Source of the DNA: Deltaproteobacteria bacterium
Lineage (GTDB): Bacteria > Myxococcota_A > UBA9160 > SMWR01
NCBI GenBank assembly: GCA_032128375.1
Contig: JAQBGU010000035.1
Coordinates: 1-21,845 of the forward strand
Direction: 5' to 3'
DNA length: 21,845 nucleotides
Translations under genes and position numbers: made by a program
The notes under the pieces: generated by a model
The model's input: the letters and a program-made list of their open reading frames with translations, nothing else
Databases searched by the model: none
What the model was told of the DNA's origin: nothing
Shown: one piece after another, positions 17,153 to 21,845 of the stretch
How the letters are laid out: each line of letters begins with the position of its first letter
Position numbering within the stretch: position 1 is the first letter of the stretch

Positions 17153-17180
17153 TTGACATTGGTCGATATTCAAATAGCAT
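17153..17180 (+). promoter_or_regulatory. Sigma70-type promoter for arsR (TTGACA-N16-TAGCAT), overlapped by an imperfect AT-rich inverted repeat that may be the ArsR operator
   Basis: Consensus -35 at 17153-17158 and a 4/6 -10 at 17175-17180. TATTCAAAT-agc-ATTGGAGATA spans 17167-17188. Confidence 0.5.
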
Positions 17181-17187
17181 TGGAGAT

Positions 17188-17511
17188 ATGGAAAAACAAA
17201 CCGCCATCAGCGCTCTCGCCGCCCTGGCGCAGGAAACCCGCCTCGATGTATTCCGGGTGCTCGTGCAGGCGGGGCCGAAGGGTCTGCCAGCGGGCGCCAT
17301 TGGGGCCGTTCTCGACATACCGTCGGCGACGCTCTCTTTCCATCTGAAAGAGCTGAAGAGCGCAAGCTTGATTCGGTGCGAGCGTCAGGGGAGATCGAGA
17401 ATCTACAGCCCCGATTTTTCGTGCGTGAACCAACTGATCGGCTTCCTGACCGCCAACTGCTGTCGGGGCGTCGACCGCCCTGGCTGCGATGATGAGGGCT
17501 GTGACGGGTGA
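17188..17511 (+). CDS. arsR: ArsR/SmtB family repressor with C-terminal Cys cluster (107 aa)
   Basis: ALAQETRLDVFRVLV, ATLSFHLKEL and RQGRSRIY. The C-terminus NCCRG..GCDDEGC resembles the Acidithiobacillus-type As(III) site. Flanked by acr3 and arsI. Confidence 0.9.
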   Translation: MEKQTAISALAALAQETRLDVFRVLVQAGPKGLPAGAIGAVLDIPSATLSFHLKELKSASLIRCERQGRSRIYSPDFSCVNQLIGFLTANCCRGVDRPGCDDEGCDG

Positions 17512-17571
17512 CAAGCATTTTTCCCGTCCATCATTTTGCAACCGTCCTTTCCAAACCCAAGGAGTGAGATC

Positions 17572-17997
17572 ATGCGTGTACAACTCGCCCTGAACGTCGA
17601 GAACCTGGAAGAAGCCATCGCGTTCTATTCCAAGCTTTTCGGTGTAGAGGTCAACAAACGCAAGCCCGGCTACGCGAACTTCGCGATCGACCAACCACCG
17701 CTCAAACTCGTGCTGTTCGAGAACCCCGACGCCGACGAGCGGCTCAATCACCTGGGTGTAGAGGTATTCGACCAAGCCGACGTCGCTGCCGCCACCGACC
17801 GGCTCAAGGCTGTCAACCTGGCGGACTCGGTGGAGGATGAGCAGACCTGCTGTTACGCGACGCAGAACAAGGTCTGGGCGCACGATCCACAGGGAATGCG
17901 TTGGGAGTTCTACCAGATCATCGAGGATTCGGAGACCTTCGGAAACGAGCCCAGCATCGAAGCTTCCGCCAAGACCACGACAGCCTGTTGTAGCTGA
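17572..17997 (+). CDS. arsI: ArsI/CadI family VOC metalloenzyme (putative C-As lyase, 141 aa)
   Basis: RVQLALNV, KRKPGYANF, LNHLGVEV, vicinal TCCYA.Q.KVW and DPQG.RWEFY. AAGGAG RBS at 17559-17564. Confidence 0.85.
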   Translation: MRVQLALNVENLEEAIAFYSKLFGVEVNKRKPGYANFAIDQPPLKLVLFENPDADERLNHLGVEVFDQADVAAATDRLKAVNLADSVEDEQTCCYATQNKVWAHDPQGMRWEFYQIIEDSETFGNEPSIEASAKTTTACCS

Positions 17998-18152
17998 GCG
18001 CGGTGTTGTCGCCGATCGGCGCTCTAGAAATTGGGGGCTGTGTTCCAGATCAGGGCTCCATTCCGACCGCGGCGTGGCTGGCCTCGACACGGTTGCCACC
18101 CTCGGGTACTTGATCTCCCAGTTGATCGCATCGGAGTGCTTGGGAATCGACG

Positions 18153-18989
18153 ATGGAGTCCAGGGTCGTTCTGATCACCGGGGCCTCGGCCGGCTTCGGC
18201 AAGGCTTGTGCCGAACGACTGGCCGAGCTCGGTCACTGTGTTTATGGGACCAGTCGGGCTGCAAACTTCCCCGAATTCACCGGCTCTCCGGACGCTCAGT
18301 TCCGCTCCGATCCGCTGATGATTCCGATGGACGTGTGTGACGACGATTCCGTGCGCAGGGCCGTGGAATTCGTACTGAAGCGGGCGGGTCGGATCGACGT
18401 GGTCGTGAACAACGCAGGCGTGGGTTTGGCTGGCTCCGTCGAGGACACCTCGGTAGATGAAGCGCGGGCGCTGTTCGAAACCAATTTCTTTGGCGTATTG
18501 CGTGTCTGCCGCGCGGTCCTTCCCACCCTCCGCGCTCAGGAATCGGGCCTCATCGTAAACGTCAGCTCACTCGGCGGGCTCGTGACGCTCCCGTTTCAGG
18601 GCTTCTACTCTGCATCGAAGTACGCTCTCGAGTCGATATCGGACGCGCTGCGCATGGAGCTTCGGCCTTTCGGGGTCCACGTGACGCTCCTCGAGCCCGG
18701 TGACTTCAAGACCGGATTCACCGAGAGTCGCGTCTTTGCCTCCGAAAGCGGGGACAGCTCGGCCTACCGCGAGAGTTGCCAGCGGGCCGTGTCCGTGATG
18801 GAGCACGACGAACGAAGCGGTGCAGACCCGCGCCAGCTGGCCGATCTGCTGGCGAAGATCATCGCCAACCCCTCGCCACGCAATCGCTACCCGGTTGGCG
18901 CTCTCGGCCAGAGACTCGCCGTTGCGGCGCGACGCATGGCCCCCTCGGCGATGATCGACCTGGCGCTGCGCGCGGCGTACAAGATCTGA
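18153..18989 (+). CDS. SDR family oxidoreductase (278 aa)
   Basis: TGASAGFG, NNAG, NVSS, YSASK and EPG. Confidence 0.92.
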   Translation: MESRVVLITGASAGFGKACAERLAELGHCVYGTSRAANFPEFTGSPDAQFRSDPLMIPMDVCDDDSVRRAVEFVLKRAGRIDVVVNNAGVGLAGSVEDTSVDEARALFETNFFGVLRVCRAVLPTLRAQESGLIVNVSSLGGLVTLPFQGFYSASKYALESISDALRMELRPFGVHVTLLEPGDFKTGFTESRVFASESGDSSAYRESCQRAVSVMEHDERSGADPRQLADLLAKIIANPSPRNRYPVGALGQRLAVAARRMAPSAMIDLALRAAYKI

Positions 18990-19056
18990 GTCCCGTAGCG
19001 ACAGGCAGCGCACCCGGACCAGGTATCGCACAACGCTGAACATCGGGGGAACTCCA

Positions 19057-20133
19057 TTGGAACGGATGAACGAACTCGCGTTCTACACGCTGGCTGGCAA
19101 CCCCAAGAGTCCGCGGGATCTGATCGATGAAATCAAGACCGGCGAGGCGCTGGGTTTGGGCTCCGCCTTCATTTCTGAACGCTTCAACATCAAAGAAGCA
19201 GTCACGTTGTCGGGTGCCGTGGGAGCAGTCTCCAACGAGATCGGAATCGCCACCGCTGCAACCAACCACTCCACACGCCACCCGATCGTCACCGCGTCGT
19301 TCGCGACCACGATGCATCGGCTCACCGGCGGTCGGTTTTCGCTCGGGCTCGGGCGCGGCATCGCGCCGCTATTCAACGCGTTCGGCTTGCCGCCAATCAA
19401 GACGGCGCAGATCGAAGACTTCGTCGGACTCATGCGGCGACTGTGGCGAGGCGAAGTAGTGGTCGGACACGATGGCCCCGCTGGCCGCTACCCGCTGTTG
19501 GTTCTCGACCCCGAGTTTGACGAGGACATCCCGATGACGTTCACCGCCTTCGGTCCGAACTCGCTCGCGCTGGGCGGCCGCGCATTCGATGCAGTCGTTC
19601 TGCATACGTTCTTTACCGACGAGACACTCGAGCGTTGTGTCCACGACGTAAAGACCGCCGCGCAGCAGGCCGGCCGAGACCCGGCGAAGGTCCGGGTCTG
19701 GTCTTGTTTCGCGACGATCGGAGACCACATCCCCGAAGACATCCGTCTGAAAAAAACTGTCGGCCGTCTCGCCACCTACCTGCAGGCCTACGGCGACCTG
19801 CTCGTGCAAACCAACCGGTGGGACCCGGCGGTTCTCGAGCGCTTTCGCGCGGACCCGTTCGTGGCGAGCTTTCGCGGCGCCTTCGACGCCAAGGCCAGCA
19901 GCGAGGATCTCGAGCGCATCGCGCCGCTGCTTCCCGACGAGTGGCTCGCAGCGGCCGCCACCGGTAGCCCTGAGCAGTGTGTGCGGAAGATCGAGGGGCA
20001 ATTCAACCTGGGTGCCGACGGCGTAATCCTACACGGCGCCAGTCCAGCGGAACTGGCTCCAATCGTCGACGCCTACCGAACCAGACGCCCGAAACAACGC
20101 TTCGACCACCTTGCGCCCAACCCGGCTGCGTGA
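19057..20133 (+). CDS. LLM-class, probably F420-dependent oxidoreductase (MSMEG_2249-like)
   Basis: AFISERFNIKEA, TAATNHSTRHP, GRFSLGLGRG, VVLHTFF and ILHGASP. Start is TTG 19057 (after GGGGGA) or ATG 19066. Confidence 0.87.
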   Translation: MERMNELAFYTLAGNPKSPRDLIDEIKTGEALGLGSAFISERFNIKEAVTLSGAVGAVSNEIGIATAATNHSTRHPIVTASFATTMHRLTGGRFSLGLGRGIAPLFNAFGLPPIKTAQIEDFVGLMRRLWRGEVVVGHDGPAGRYPLLVLDPEFDEDIPMTFTAFGPNSLALGGRAFDAVVLHTFFTDETLERCVHDVKTAAQQAGRDPAKVRVWSCFATIGDHIPEDIRLKKTVGRLATYLQAYGDLLVQTNRWDPAVLERFRADPFVASFRGAFDAKASSEDLERIAPLLPDEWLAAAATGSPEQCVRKIEGQFNLGADGVILHGASPAELAPIVDAYRTRRPKQRFDHLAPNPAA

Positions 20134-20200
20134 AGTCAGCGGGGTCCTCTATGATCGGGGGCCCAACTCACCGCACAAAAGAAAGAGGAAATCAGAAAAG

Positions 20201-21430
20201 ATGGAAAATGAAGCCTGGATTATCGACGCTGTTCGCTCTCCCCGCGGTAAGGGCAAGAAGACCGGCGCGCTCCACGAAATTCACCCGCAACGCGTCCTGG
20301 CCCAGGTGCTCAACGCACTCCAGAAGCGGAACGGTTTCGATACAGCCGAAGTCGACGACGTGATCATGGGGTGTGGCGCCGGCAGCGGCGATCACTCGAT
20401 GGACATCGCGCGCATGGCGGCGCTCGACGCGGGTTGGTCGCTGGATGCGCCCGGCGTCACGCTCAATCGATTCTGCGGCTCGGGCCAACAGGCGGTGAAC
20501 TTTGCCGCGATGGGTATCCGCGCCGGTTTTCAAGAGCTCGTCGTCGCCGGCGGTGTTGAATCCATGTCACGGCCGGCACCCATGCATGTGGACGGATTCA
20601 CCGCCAACAACAATCATCTGCGCGACCAGTTCGCGATGGTGCCGCAGGGAATCTCGGCGGATCTGATCGGGACCATCGAGGGATTCACGCGCGAACAATG
20701 CGATCAGCTCGCTGTCGATAGCCAAAACCGCACCGAAGCTGCGATCGCCGACGGCCGCTTCGACGGCTCGCTGGTTTCGATCTACCACGACAATGGCGAG
20801 CTCGCGCTCGACCGCGAAGAGTTCCCGCGGCCGGGTTCGACGCTGGCCGACCTGGGTCAGCTCAATCCGAGCTTCGAGAAGATGGGTGCCCACAAGCCGG
20901 AAGGCTCGGACCTGACCATCGACCAGACCGCACTGCTCGCGTACCCCCACGTGTCGAAGATCGAACATCTTCATCACGGTGGGAACTCTTCCGGTGTCGT
21001 CGATGGCGCCTCCGCGGTGCTGGTCGCGTCACCCCGATACGCGAAGGCCCACGGCATGAAGCCGCGGGCGCGCGTGGTGATGACGGCCGTCGCGGGAACC
21101 GAGCCAGTCATCATGTTGACCGCCCCCGAGCCGGCCGCGAAGCGCTGCCTCGAAAGGGCCGGCATGACATACGACGACATCGACCTGATCGAAGTCAATG
21201 AAGCCTTTGCCGCCGTCGTGCTGAAGTTTCTGAAAGACAGCCAGGTCGATTGGGGCAAGTGCAACGTGAACGGTGGCGCCATGTCACTGGGGCATCCGAT
21301 TGGTGCAACCGGCGGCATGCTGATCGGAACGCTCCTCGATGAACTCGAGCGCCAGGACAAGTCGATCGGTCTGGTGACGATGTGCACTGGCGGCGGCATG
21401 GGAACGGCCACCATCATCGAACGCATTTGA
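20201..21430 (+). CDS. Acetyl-CoA C-acyltransferase (thiolase, 409 aa)
   Basis: NRFCGSG, GGVESMS, NEAFA, GHPIGATG and CTGGGMG. AGAGGA RBS before ATG 20201. Confidence 0.95.
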   Translation: MENEAWIIDAVRSPRGKGKKTGALHEIHPQRVLAQVLNALQKRNGFDTAEVDDVIMGCGAGSGDHSMDIARMAALDAGWSLDAPGVTLNRFCGSGQQAVNFAAMGIRAGFQELVVAGGVESMSRPAPMHVDGFTANNNHLRDQFAMVPQGISADLIGTIEGFTREQCDQLAVDSQNRTEAAIADGRFDGSLVSIYHDNGELALDREEFPRPGSTLADLGQLNPSFEKMGAHKPEGSDLTIDQTALLAYPHVSKIEHLHHGGNSSGVVDGASAVLVASPRYAKAHGMKPRARVVMTAVAGTEPVIMLTAPEPAAKRCLERAGMTYDDIDLIEVNEAFAAVVLKFLKDSQVDWGKCNVNGGAMSLGHPIGATGGMLIGTLLDELERQDKSIGLVTMCTGGGMGTATIIERI

Positions 21431-21499
21431 CCACCGCGCGCGCGGCGGGCTCCCGACGCTGCCCGTCACGCTGAGCGGTCCAGCGTCTTGAGAAGTAAT

Positions 21500-21845
21500 G
21501 CCCTTCTCTTCTTTGTGAGCGACTCCGAGCGAGGCAAACATCCCGGCCGCGGCGGGTGCCTTCGCCAGTCGCATGCCGCATTCACGATCCAGGTAGGCCG
21601 AGTACGCCATCACGGTCGTGTTCTGTGCAAACGCCCAGCCGACGGAGCCATCGGCGAAGGCCAACTCCTCGCAGACGGCCAGAATCGCATCAACATCGGC
21701 TTCGAAACCGCCCAGCGCCTTCGGCACCAGCAGGCGAAACAAGCCGGACTCGACGAGCGCGTCAACGATCGGCGGCGTCATCCCCTGGCTCGCTTCGACC
21801 CGATCGGCCTCGGCGTCGATCAACCCCCGCAAGCTCCGCGCGGCG
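21500..21845 (-). pseudogene. N-terminal fragment of an acyl-CoA dehydrogenase-fold, HsaA-like flavin-dependent monooxygenase; start lies outside the window and the 3' part is missing
   Basis: AARSLRGLIDAEADRVE, GLFRLLVPKALGGFE and LAFADGSVGW. Resemblance ends at EEKG (about 21500), 70 bp from the convergent thiolase stop. Confidence 0.7.

Noticed and set aside
17188..17997. ArsR-ArsI fusion by Sec read-through: same frame, single TGA at 17509-17511 giving CDG-U (CxxU)
   Set aside because: No SECIS-like hairpin follows the TGA, the 60-nt linker is pyrimidine-rich and looks non-coding, and arsI has its own AAGGAG RBS. A shared frame is easily chance.
15926..18152. ars cluster as a mobile island
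   Set aside because: No integrase, transposase, tRNA or flanking direct repeats are visible.

Overview
GC-rich, densely coding bacterial region. Gene content (CarF-type desaturase, Grx4-rhodanese fusion, HEAT/HD-GYP pair) suggests a Myxococcota/deltaproteobacteria-like host; this is inference. No rRNA, tRNA, CRISPR array or mobile element is evident. In order, it contains: a 13-bp tandem repeat; a Grx4/IscA-like/rhodanese fusion; a methyltransferase; a minus-strand operon of TetR, ferritin-like diiron protein, CarF/TMEM189 desaturase and SDR; an LLM oxidoreductase; a thioredoxin-fold selenoprotein; an amidohydrolase; a coupled HEAT, HD-GYP and GAF-GGDEF c-di-GMP module; a receiver protein and a VOC protein; a second LLM; an arsenic cluster (acr3 divergent from arsR-arsI); an SDR; a third LLM; a thiolase; and a truncated HsaA-like monooxygenase. 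The best-supported hidden feature is the selenoprotein (6561-7610), which the ORF track splits at an in-frame UGA in a W-U-G-C motif followed by a SECIS-like hairpin. The best candidates for an undescribed system are the two-diiron-enzyme lipid operon and the HEAT/HD-GYP/GGDEF module, whose first two proteins share an N-terminal domain. All family calls come from motif recognition by eye, not from database searches.
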